IMG/VR virus record: IMGVR_UViG_3300013947_000019 | Location: 128,001-192,000 of that record | Direction: 5' to 3' (one strand) | Length of the DNA stretch: 64,000 nt | DNA from: a virus | Taxonomy: Duplodnaviria > Caudoviricetes | In this document: one piece after another, positions 38,985 through 47,799 of the stretch | How positions within the stretch are numbered: the first letter of the stretch is position 1 | Layout: the number at the start of each line of letters is the position of its first letter | The notes under the pieces: model-generated | What the model was told of the DNA's origin: nothing | Seen by the model: the letters and a program-made list of their open reading frames with translations, nothing else | Databases searched by the model: none | Translations under genes and position numbers: made by a program

Positions 38985-40946
38985 TTACTCCAGTCCCATC
39001 TCTTTTGCTTCTTCCATGAACCAATCTTGTGCAGTGAAAATATCCTTTTTCTTGTCAGGTTCTTTTACCATCTCATATTTATAATTAGGAAGAATCTTTC
39101 TCAGATTCGTATTATCCTTCATATAAATTTTCAGATGTTTCATCAACCTTTCACGGATTTCTTCATCTTCCACAAGAATTAAGAGTTCATGTCTTCTGTT
39201 CAAATTCCGGCCCATCAGATCAGCAGAACCAATATAGATTCTTGCATTCTTCCCAGTTCCGAATTGATAGACTCTAGAATGCTCCAAGAATCTGCCAACC
39301 AGACTGTAGATCTTGATATTCTTCATAGGCTCAATAACACAAGCACCACGAACAAGCATCGTGATCTTTACTCCAGCTTTAGCAGCATCTTGAATAGCTT
39401 CAGCAATCTCCACATCAGTGAAACCATTGCACTTGATGAAGATATAACCATCCTTTCCAGATTTAGCTCGTTTGATTTCTGTCTTGATTTCATCTTTGAT
39501 CGTATCTTTCATATTATAAGGAGCATAAACCACCTTACGAGATTTAAATACTCCCTGATCAGAAGTCATTAAATCAAAGAATCGAGTCAGGTCAAAACAC
39601 ATATCCTGATCAGCAGTGAAATAACTATAATCAGTATACTGTTTGGCATTAGACTCACTATAGTTACCAGTACCTATCTGGGCATATGTTTTCAGACCCT
39701 TCTTCTCTTTCCGAGTAATCAGACATAGCTTAGCATGTGTCTTCATATCCGGAGAAGTAAAAGCGATCCGAACACCACCTTCTCTCAAGATTGTAGAGAT
39801 CTCAATATTGTGGTGCTCATCAAAACGTGCTTTCAGTTCAATCAGAACTGTTACAGACTTTCCTTTATCAGCTGCCTTCAGTAAGGCCTGGACAATCTTA
39901 CTATTATTAGCAACACGATATAGACTGATCTTGATTGATACCACATTGGGATCATCAGCAGCTTCTTCCAAGAATCTGACCATAGTTTGATCATATGATT
40001 CATATGGGTGGAAAGCCAACCGATCCTTCTGTTTAATATAATCAAAGATCGAAGACTTCGGGAAAGTCTTAACTGGTTTCATCTTTCGACACTTATCTTT
40101 TTCAGCAAAGATTTCACCAGGAAGAGACTTCAAACTAGAGAGACCAATCTCTTTACTGGCGAAAATGATTGTGTCAGACCGCAAGGGAAGTAGGTTACGG
40201 AGAAGTTTGATGTCAGATTTCTCTGTTGATCCAATTTCGAGAGTAGTTATCCAGGAACGCTCTCTTTCCTTCAAAGTCTTAACAATCTGCTGATAAGCAT
40301 CAAGCTGCTCTCGATCAATCTGATCGAATACCTGAGCCGATCTGAGAATTGTAAATGGGAAAGAAGAAATAATCTTTCGATCCTTAAACATGAATTCCAG
40401 ATTATCCTGAATCAAATCAAGAATTGAAACACAATACTTCTTTCCAGGAACGGCAATATACCGATCGATTCCTTTCGGAATTTCAATATATTGCAACTTC
40501 TCAGAGTCAGACTTAGATTTCCGAGTACGCACCAATAGATACGTACCTGGATGAAGATTGAGTGTCTTAGATTTATCAACGTTCATAGGCTGAAGTACAG
40601 GGAATACTTCAGACTTAAATGTCTGCTCTACCCACTTAGCAGAGTTCTTCTTCAGATCATCAACAGGAACTACCAACTGATAATTCTTGTTGAACTTATG
40701 CCATCGCTTAACCATCTTTTGATAGAAGGATGCGATAGCATCTTTGAACTCATCCAGAGTATCATCATCCAAACCGAATGTAAGTTCGATCGGATAACGG
40801 ACCTGCATAAATTCAGTCAGGTTAGAAGCAACGATTCCGAAGAACATTGCTCTCTCACCCAAAGGGATAGATTTCCTGTCAGTCTCATCAAGACAACGCT
40901 GATTGAAACTGATCCAGGAAATATCTCTGTTTAGAATTTTGCCCAA
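38985..40946 (-). CDS. ppk1: Polyphosphate kinase 1
   Basis: NRDISWISFNQR, HPYESY, ELKARFDE, KTHAK (phospho-His), GTGNY, GRFLEHSR, SADLMGRNL. Confidence 0.92.
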   Translation of the reverse strand: MGKILNRDISWISFNQRCLDETDRKSIPLGERAMFFGIVASNLTEFMQVRYPIELTFGLDDDTLDEFKDAIASFYQKMVKRWHKFNKNYQLVVPVDDLKKNSAKWVEQTFKSEVFPVLQPMNVDKSKTLNLHPGTYLLVRTRKSKSDSEKLQYIEIPKGIDRYIAVPGKKYCVSILDLIQDNLEFMFKDRKIISSFPFTILRSAQVFDQIDREQLDAYQQIVKTLKERERSWITTLEIGSTEKSDIKLLRNLLPLRSDTIIFASKEIGLSSLKSLPGEIFAEKDKCRKMKPVKTFPKSSIFDYIKQKDRLAFHPYESYDQTMVRFLEEAADDPNVVSIKISLYRVANNSKIVQALLKAADKGKSVTVLIELKARFDEHHNIEISTILREGGVRIAFTSPDMKTHAKLCLITRKEKKGLKTYAQIGTGNYSESNAKQYTDYSYFTADQDMCFDLTRFFDLMTSDQGVFKSRKVVYAPYNMKDTIKDEIKTEIKRAKSGKDGYIFIKCNGFTDVEIAEAIQDAAKAGVKITMLVRGACVIEPMKNIKIYSLVGRFLEHSRVYQFGTGKNARIYIGSADLMGRNLNRRHELLILVEDEEIRERLMKHLKIYMKDNTNLRKILPNYKYEMVKEPDKKKDIFTAQDWFMEEAKEMGLE

Positions 40947-40952
40947 TTGGCA

Positions 40953-41225
40953 TCACTCCTTTTCAGTACGAAGTTCAGGATGCGTAGCCCAGAACTGTTC
41001 ATATCTCTCCTGAAGAGATTTCTGAGCTCGCTTGACCAGAGTATTCAACTCTTCAGCAGTCGCTGCGCGGAGAATCGACTCAAGCTGATAGTTCTCAGAG
41101 ATCAGCTCATTGATCGATACATCCTTCTCTGCAACCTTCTTATGGAGAGCTTCGATCTGCTTCTTCAGATTTTCATTCTCCTCCAACTGGATCAGATACA
41201 TCTGATAGGAATTAACCTCACTCAT
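40953..41225 (-). CDS. Small coiled-coil hypothetical protein
   Basis: ORF with SD in early-type cluster. Confidence 0.6.
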   Translation of the reverse strand: MSEVNSYQMYLIQLEENENLKKQIEALHKKVAEKDVSINELISENYQLESILRAATAEELNTLVKRAQKSLQERYEQFWATHPELRTEKE

Positions 41226-41547
41226 CTTTATTATCCTCCTTTTTGTATTCGTCTACATAGTAGATGTAATGCTTCAGTAAACCTTTACCTTCCAGGTAAT
41301 CACGGATTGCGAGTCCAGATTCATCCAGAAGACAAAGAATCCCAATGCAGTCCTCCAGATCGACAACTGCTTCATCGATCAACATCTCATAGATCTCCGT
41401 TTTCTTATCTTGAGCTTTGATCTTAATGCGGAGATTGGCATTTTCGAGAGTAAGTCGCTCAATCTCTTTTTTCTGCTCATAAAGCTTGCGCTTAACAACA
41501 TCTTCATGTTGTTTATACGTAAGCTCACCTTTACCACGACGACCCAT
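41218..41547 (-). CDS. Small coiled-coil hypothetical protein
   Basis: AGGAGG SD. Confidence 0.6.
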   Translation of the reverse strand: MGRRGKGELTYKQHEDVVKRKLYEQKKEIERLTLENANLRIKIKAQDKKTEIYEMLIDEAVVDLEDCIGILCLLDESGLAIRDYLEGKGLLKHYIYYVDEYKKEDNKDE

Positions 41548-41559
41548 ATGGACACCTCC

Positions 41560-41844
41560 TTAGTATAGATCTTCAGAGAAGAGTTCAGTGCTTGCATGTT
41601 TATTTGCTAAAGTAGTAGCAGACAGCTGTCCACATTTCTTAGCAATAATATAAGCATCTTCTCTGGAATAGAACTTTCCTTCATGATCCAGAAATCCTTG
41701 TTCAACATCTCTCTTATCAATAAAGGTTCCAAACTTGCGAATAATATTGAGTTGAGCTAGACCATCGGCATGCCGGATGCAGCCAATAATAAGTTCAGTA
41801 TTCAGTATATGATTATGCCACTTAACTGCAGCACATACTATCAT
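41560..41844 (-). CDS. Hypothetical phage protein
   Basis: IVCAA...RH...QGFLD...SREDA; SD AAGGAG. Confidence 0.6.
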   Translation of the reverse strand: MIVCAAVKWHNHILNTELIIGCIRHADGLAQLNIIRKFGTFIDKRDVEQGFLDHEGKFYSREDAYIIAKKCGQLSATTLANKHASTELFSEDLY

Positions 41845-41846
41845 AA

Positions 41847-42305
41847 CTACTCCTTTCCATTCTGAGAAATCAAATTCGCAGCCTCAAAGAAAGGCTGCGT
41901 GATTTCATCAGCAATAACAAATTTTTTCTTAACCATCATAGAGATGATTTTCTCCCGACTCATATAGGGAACCATATCCCACATGATGATTGGTGTATTC
42001 TTTGTGATATTCCACACAAAGGTGCGTTTGATTTGTTCAGTCTTCGCAGATTGAAGTACAATTTTGATCAGCTTTTCAGCTTTATCAAAATGATCAGTCT
42101 GACCATCCGTGATCTTCTGAATATACATAGCACACATTTTGTAGAAGTCTCTTGGTCTGAGCACATTCCAAATATACCACTTAGAGATAAAGTACTTCTT
42201 ATATTCAGGAAGATCCAAAATATCATTAAGAAGCTTTTCAAACTCCTCATACTTACAGGAGTTCATTACTTGAATGATTCTCCTGTTCATTTTGATGATA
42301 CTCAT
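41847..42305 (-). CDS. Hypothetical protein
   Basis: 152-aa ORF, GGAGG SD. Confidence 0.6.
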   Translation of the reverse strand: MSIIKMNRRIIQVMNSCKYEEFEKLLNDILDLPEYKKYFISKWYIWNVLRPRDFYKMCAMYIQKITDGQTDHFDKAEKLIKIVLQSAKTEQIKRTFVWNITKNTPIIMWDMVPYMSREKIISMMVKKKFVIADEITQPFFEAANLISQNGKE

Positions 42306-42466
42306 ACTGGAACCTCCATAGGCATCCTCTCACCCACATAAGTAAACGTATCTTCCGGATGTGCTTTCTGATACTCATGTAATTCTGTCTTGGGAACACT
42401 CATCGTTTTCCCAAACTCCGAGATCATATAAAATCTCAGATTCTTCCCATATACATACCATTTCAT
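42302..42466 (-). CDS. Small hypothetical protein (54 aa, absent from the ORF track)
   Basis: AAGGAGG SD; MKWYVYGKNL...; stop overlaps next start (ATGA). Confidence 0.55.
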   Translation of the reverse strand: MKWYVYGKNLRFYMISEFGKTMSVPKTELHEYQKAHPEDTFTYVGERMPMEVPV

Positions 42467-42608
42467 ATTGGTACCTCCTTATAAAATATGATAGAAAGTT
42501 TTCATTTACTTTCTTCACTTATATAATATATACTTCAAATATAATTGCTTATCGGAACTAAAAGAGGAGACCTTTTCAGGCCTCCTCATATTTAGTGTTA
42601 ATTAGATA

Positions 42609-43847
42609 TTAGATTTTAACAAGTTTCTCCCAAGTAGCGGGATTTACTGTACCACGAGTAAAAACAGTACCAATTCTGAAGTCAGACTGGAATCTCTTCA
42701 GAGCTGCCATCATATTAGGACCAAATACACCATCCAATGTGCTAACATCATAGCCATTTGCGACAAGTAAACCCTGTGCAAGCATCGTCAATTTACCGCT
42801 GCATCCATAATGAAGAGTATCACAAGCAGCCTTTGTCTTCGGGCCCCAGATACCATCTACAGACAACTTAGCATTTACCTGACGATTTAATTCGGTCTGC
42901 AGTGCTTTAATAGTTCCCTTACGAGAAGCAGGGCCCCAGATACCATCAACAACAAGACCCGTCTTATATCCATTATTCAGCCAAGTCTGGAATTGTTTTA
43001 ACAAACGAATCTTAGTAGGTTGACAAACTTCTTCGGTAGGATCTTCTTTTTCATCTGTAGTAGGAGTAGTAGGTGTCGTCGGCTGAGTAGGAGTTACAAC
43101 AACAGGAGTAACCTTCTTCTTATGAGATTCCTGCAGAACCTTAATAGTAGCAGCACCAATAATACCATCAGCTTCCAACTTATTAGCAGTCTGGAACTGT
43201 TTCGTAGCATTCATAGAAGCAGGACCAAAAGCTCCATCAATACTGATATCATACTTCTGGATTAGCTTTAATTCAAACTGAGCCCAATATGCAGCAGTGC
43301 CAGTAGTACCATTCTTTACCAATGTAGGAACAGGGAAGGGATTATCCAAAGTCTCAATAGACTCATAAGGAAGAGCACCATAACCAGCAATGTAAGCGCT
43401 GGTAGTAGAATAGCTCTTATGGCGTACAGTACTATTGGTGGAGTTACCTTCAATCGTATATACAGTATTACCAACAACCTTCTCTACAAATCCTACATGA
43501 TGGAAAGTTCCATTACGTTGACCATTCCAATTAAAGAAGATCAGATCTGCAGGCTTAGGAGTATATGCAGTAGGACTCTTTCCAAACTTTGTAGGAATCA
43601 AGAACTCACGGTTTACAGTAGTACAACCAGCAAAGTTCGGGCAAACCCAAGTAGGAACATTGTTTGTACGCAGATGATAGGTAACAAAAATTGCACAATA
43701 TGGAGTACTTGACAAAGAGAAGTTCGTTCCACAAAGATTATTGTAATAACGAATAAACTCGTCATCACCAGTACCAGTACCACCAACAAGTCCAACACAC
43801 TTCATTGCAGCAGCGACAATTGTATCACGAATAGCAGCATAAGCCAT
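42609..43847 (-). CDS. Endolysin: CHAP amidase plus peptidoglycan-binding repeats
   Basis: YCAIFV, HHVGFV, TIEGN; repeated DGxxGPxT and FQ...L..DG motifs. Confidence 0.85.
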   Translation of the reverse strand: MAYAAIRDTIVAAAMKCVGLVGGTGTGDDEFIRYYNNLCGTNFSLSSTPYCAIFVTYHLRTNNVPTWVCPNFAGCTTVNREFLIPTKFGKSPTAYTPKPADLIFFNWNGQRNGTFHHVGFVEKVVGNTVYTIEGNSTNSTVRHKSYSTTSAYIAGYGALPYESIETLDNPFPVPTLVKNGTTGTAAYWAQFELKLIQKYDISIDGAFGPASMNATKQFQTANKLEADGIIGAATIKVLQESHKKKVTPVVVTPTQPTTPTTPTTDEKEDPTEEVCQPTKIRLLKQFQTWLNNGYKTGLVVDGIWGPASRKGTIKALQTELNRQVNAKLSVDGIWGPKTKAACDTLHYGCSGKLTMLAQGLLVANGYDVSTLDGVFGPNMMAALKRFQSDFRIGTVFTRGTVNPATWEKLVKI

Positions 43848-44116
43848 ATAAATGGCCTCCTTTCTATTTAATATACATATTAAAATATGGGAGGAATAGC
43901 AGTCACCAGAATGTCATCTATATCACTTTTACAAGGAGGTAAAATGGCAAGACAAGCTTTCAAACGGTTCAGAGGAAAAGGAACAGAAAGGATGACAATA
44001 ACCTATAATATTCACTCATACTTATAGGGTTTCTGATGACTGCTATATAGTAATGTCAAGCCGAAATAGCACAACAATAGTATAATGACAACTAACGGAA
44101 GGAGGGACTTCTGATC

Positions 44117-44797
44117 ATGGGAATGAATCCAAGTACCTATAAACAAGTAGTAGAAAATATGGAAAAAGTTGCTCAGCTGGTTGATGAATTGAAAACATTA
44201 ACTGGTAAAGTTGATACTGATGAAGAGTCTATTAAAAGTCTTTCTGATAAGATCGATGCAATGTCCAAAGAACTTGGCGATCTGACTGATCTTCCGATGA
44301 CTGTGAAAGAGATGTATGATGTCATTAAGGAAGTTGAAGATAAAGTTCTGAATCCTGATCCTACTACGAACACTGGTGATATTGTCAGCACGGATGATGG
44401 AGTGAAGGTAGTTGGTGTTCATACGAATACCACTAATAAAGATTCTGACACTGCTCCTAATAGCTATAAGCAAGGCTTGACCCTTGAGTTGAAGAAAGCT
44501 GAAGTGATTGGACTGAAAGGACAGGATGGTATCACGAAGGATTATATCTTTGTGATTACGCTCAATCAAGATACTGCAATTGCCGGTGAAACCGCAGTTG
44601 CCAGTGGTAAGTATTCCATCCAGCAGATTGCTTACGGAGATACTGCTGGTATTGAATATTCTCGTGTGAGCACCAGTGATACAAAGTGGGGCGATTGGTC
44701 TAAGATGTCAGGTGAAGGCGGCAATCAGTTTGTACAATCTGATACTGAACCTACTGACCAAAAGGCTGGGGATTATTGGTGTGAGCCTATTAAGTGA
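44117..44797 (+). CDS. Tail-associated protein
   Basis: Coiled-coil N-terminus, WGDWSK, C-terminal QSDTEPTDQKAGDYW shared with the next gene. Confidence 0.55.
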   Translation: MGMNPSTYKQVVENMEKVAQLVDELKTLTGKVDTDEESIKSLSDKIDAMSKELGDLTDLPMTVKEMYDVIKEVEDKVLNPDPTTNTGDIVSTDDGVKVVGVHTNTTNKDSDTAPNSYKQGLTLELKKAEVIGLKGQDGITKDYIFVITLNQDTAIAGETAVASGKYSIQQIAYGDTAGIEYSRVSTSDTKWGDWSKMSGEGGNQFVQSDTEPTDQKAGDYWCEPIK

Positions 44798-44900
44798 TAA
44801 CTATAGAATCACTTAATATAAATTTAAGTTTCTGTTATGTACAATCACTCATGGGGTGACAATCTATGTAAAAAATTATGATTAAGGAGTGAATATTAAA

Positions 44901-46154
44901 ATGGCCAAGTATATTACTTATCGTTTTAAATCTTTCAATGGTACGGATTATGATACCTATCATCTGGAATCTCGTTCCAGCATGATCCTGCGTTTCAATT
45001 CTGATGGTGCTCAGCAGACTGGCGATAAGGCCACTGTTGAGTCTTCTCTGGCTGCTCTGGAGAGCACTGTTGCTGGTATTGTTTCTACTGGCGGCGAGAA
45101 AAATAAGATTAATGCTATCACTGCTAATGGTACCGCATGTACAATTACGGATACGACTGCTACGATTCCTGCTGCTACTGCTTCTGCTTGGGGTGTTGTT
45201 AAGGTTGATACTGCGCTGAATGCATCTTCTACCAACCCTGTTCAGAATAAGGCTATTAATACTGCACTGGGTCTCAAAGCTGATAAGACCACTCTGAATA
45301 GTTATATTCCCACTTCTAAGATGGGTATTGCCAGCGGTGTTGCTACTTTGGATACTACTGGTAAAGTTCCTTCTGCCCAGCTGCCTTCTTATGTTGATGA
45401 TGTTCTGGAATATGATAAGTTAGCTTCTTTCCCTGAAACTGGTGAGACTGGTAAGATTTACATTGCTAAGGATACCAACGTAACATATCGTTGGGGTGGT
45501 ACTGGGTATGTTGAGATCTCTGCTTCTCTGGCTCTGGGTACGACTTCTTCTACTGCTTACTATGGTGATAAGGGTAAGGTTGCTTATGAGCATTCCCAGT
45601 CTGCACATGCTCGTACAGATGCTACTGCTACTGCAGCTTCTACTAACAATGGTAAGATTAAGATTAATGGTAGTGATGTAACTGTTTATACGCATCCTGG
45701 CTATACTGCTAAGACTTCTGCTCTGTATAAGATCACGGTTGATGCGCTGGGTCATGTTTCTGCTACCGCTGCTGTTGCCAAGGGTGATCTGACTGGTATT
45801 ATTGGTAACTTTGGCGCTGCTTCTTCTTCTGCTGCTGGTTCTACCGGTCTGGTTCCTGCTCCTGCTAAGGGTGATCAGAGTAAGTTCCTGCGTGCTGATG
45901 GTACCTGGGTTGTTCCCACTGATACCAATACGGATACCAAGAATACTGCTGGTTCTACTAATGATGCAGCTAAGCTGTTCCTGGTTGGTGCTAAGAGTCA
46001 GGCGGCTAACCCGCAGACATTCTCTAACAGCAGTGTCTATGCTACTGCTGGTCGTATCTATAGTAATAATCGTATGGTTATTGATGTTCAGACCGGTAGC
46101 ACCCAGCCTACTAATCAGTCCGCTGGTGATCTGTGGTTTGAGACCGTTTCCTGA
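44901..46154 (+). CDS. Tail fibre protein
   Basis: GVATLDTTGKVPSAQLPSYVDDV, GLVPAP...FLRADGTW and VDALGHV fibre motifs; A/T/G/S-rich. Confidence 0.75.
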   Translation: MAKYITYRFKSFNGTDYDTYHLESRSSMILRFNSDGAQQTGDKATVESSLAALESTVAGIVSTGGEKNKINAITANGTACTITDTTATIPAATASAWGVVKVDTALNASSTNPVQNKAINTALGLKADKTTLNSYIPTSKMGIASGVATLDTTGKVPSAQLPSYVDDVLEYDKLASFPETGETGKIYIAKDTNVTYRWGGTGYVEISASLALGTTSSTAYYGDKGKVAYEHSQSAHARTDATATAASTNNGKIKINGSDVTVYTHPGYTAKTSALYKITVDALGHVSATAAVAKGDLTGIIGNFGAASSSAAGSTGLVPAPAKGDQSKFLRADGTWVVPTDTNTDTKNTAGSTNDAAKLFLVGAKSQAANPQTFSNSSVYATAGRIYSNNRMVIDVQTGSTQPTNQSAGDLWFETVS

Positions 46155-46259
46155 TTTATTTCGAGTTTATATAGGGGACTCGTTTTGAGTCCCCTAATCG
46201 AAAAAGAATAACATAAACGTTTTTATAATACAATAAATTTATAAAAGGAGTGAATGCAC

Positions 46260-47462
46260 ATGGCGACGTTAAAGCAGCGGCTGAATCGCAAGAACTCCAG
46301 TGGAACGTATGATACCGTTTATCTGGAGACTTCTTCCGAAGTCGTTAAAAGACCGTCTGGTACGACGGTTGAAAGTGATTTAACCAATTATCTGCCAAAA
46401 GTCCAAGACTCGGATTCTGTGCCAGAAAGCCTAACGCACGGCCAGCTCTGTACTGGCCTAAATAAGGGTTTCTTGAGACTTAATAATTCTACAATACAAT
46501 TAGCGAGTCAATCTAGTATAGATACTCTTAGTGGTAATATATCTACAATAAACAATGAAATATCAAGTTTAAAATCCTCTGTCAGTAATGGCAAAAGTTT
46601 AATTGCCGCAGCGGTAACTGACAAGGGAGTACCAACCGCTGCATCTGATAGTTTTACTACTATGAGTAATAATATCAGAAAGATTAATGATCCAGTACCA
46701 GTTCAATCTCTTCCTGAAGGATATACCCAGGTTAATTATATATTAACAGATGGAAAAGCTTATATTGATAGCGGAATATCTAACTTTTTGATACGTTCAT
46801 TAATAACTAATACAAACTGGTATCAGCATTTTTCGCTTAGGTATATATTTTCTATACCAAACGCAGATACTATACCAGATGTATCTCTTGTTACAGATGC
46901 TTTTAGAATATTTGGTAATACTGTATTTAATATTAGTTGTTACAAAAATACAACTGGATACAGCAATAATAGTATATCTAAATGCGATGAAAATGATAAT
47001 AAACGATTTACAATACGATTATATCCAATTGCGACAGATTCATATGTAATCAATACTCTTATAACAACACTAAGTGATACTATAATTGATTATAAACTTA
47101 TGTCAAGTGTAGGATATGGTGGAGGAAACTATTATTGTAATATGCAAAATTATATAGGTAATACAAGCACAGGATCCAATATAGAAACGAAAAGAATGGG
47201 TAATGATTCTAATTCTTTCTATCTTGGACGAGGATTAGTATCAAGAATGCCCGAATCTATACCATCTAAAATTTATCTATTTAATTTATCATATTGTCCT
47301 AGAGATATTACTCCTCAAAACTATAATCCAGCAACTGATATTATAGAATATTCTAATATGATACCTTGCATTAATCCTTCTGGTGAAGTCGGAATGTATG
47401 ACACGGTAAGACAACGATTCTTTGGTAATGCTAACACTGAAGGTAGTTTTACTTATGGATAA
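46260..47462 (+). CDS. Tail-fibre/receptor-binding protein; candidate shufflon expression locus
   Basis: SD AAGGAG; 57-aa MATLKQRL N-module, then LTHGQLCTG, VTDKGV module, LPEGYTQ...GMYDTV domain. Confidence 0.75.
   Translation: MATLKQRLNRKNSSGTYDTVYLETSSEVVKRPSGTTVESDLTNYLPKVQDSDSVPESLTHGQLCTGLNKGFLRLNNSTIQLASQSSIDTLSGNISTINNEISSLKSSVSNGKSLIAAAVTDKGVPTAASDSFTTMSNNIRKINDPVPVQSLPEGYTQVNYILTDGKAYIDSGISNFLIRSLITNTNWYQHFSLRYIFSIPNADTIPDVSLVTDAFRIFGNTVFNISCYKNTTGYSNNSISKCDENDNKRFTIRLYPIATDSYVINTLITTLSDTIIDYKLMSSVGYGGGNYYCNMQNYIGNTSTGSNIETKRMGNDSNSFYLGRGLVSRMPESIPSKIYLFNLSYCPRDITPQNYNPATDIIEYSNMIPCINPSGEVGMYDTVRQRFFGNANTEGSFTYG
46420..46443 (+). repeat. 24-bp recombination-like site in inverted orientation (central CT) inside CDS 46260
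   Basis: TGCCAGAAAGC-CT-AACGCACGGCC; right arm matches site 2 at 9 of 11; CT is the first two bases of Leu58. Confidence 0.5.
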
Positions 47463-47466
47463 GAAA

Positions 47467-47499
47467 TCCCCTCCCAAATTGGGAGGGGAAATCTTTTTG
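47467..47499. terminator. Terminator between convergent fibre genes
   Basis: TCCCCTCCCAA/TTGGGAGGGGA stem with flanking T tract. Confidence 0.7.
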
Positions 47500-47799
47500 T
47501 TAGCTTTGTTTAGTAGCATTGGCTTTTAGCCATGTGAAAAACACATCAGAACAAGTTGCACCTTCAGAGAATGTAATAGTGTGATCAGAACCATTCCATC
47601 TCTTAGTATCAAAGTAATACAATGTTTTTCCACCAACCCCAGCATTTAAACTTACATCTCTGTTTGAAACTGGATCAATAACTATGCTTGTATATTTGGA
47701 GCCAGCATGTGTTACATCTATCTTCTCAGTGAGTTTAGCCTCAGTAGGATATAATGTATCATTTAACAGCCAAGTACCAGCTAATGTTACAGTCTCCCG
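47500..47799 (-). pseudogene. Frameshifted C-terminal domain (about 99 codons) of CDS 47787..49796
   Basis: Stop-free frame ETVTLAGTWLLND...WLKANATKQS with no start at its 5' end; lies in the -1 frame relative to the upstream gene end. Confidence 0.65.

Noticed and set aside
43944-44027. 27-codon + strand ORF with a strong SD
   Set aside because: The SD sits in a hairpin loop within the endolysin leader structure and no + strand promoter is evident upstream; better explained as the complement of an anti-SD element
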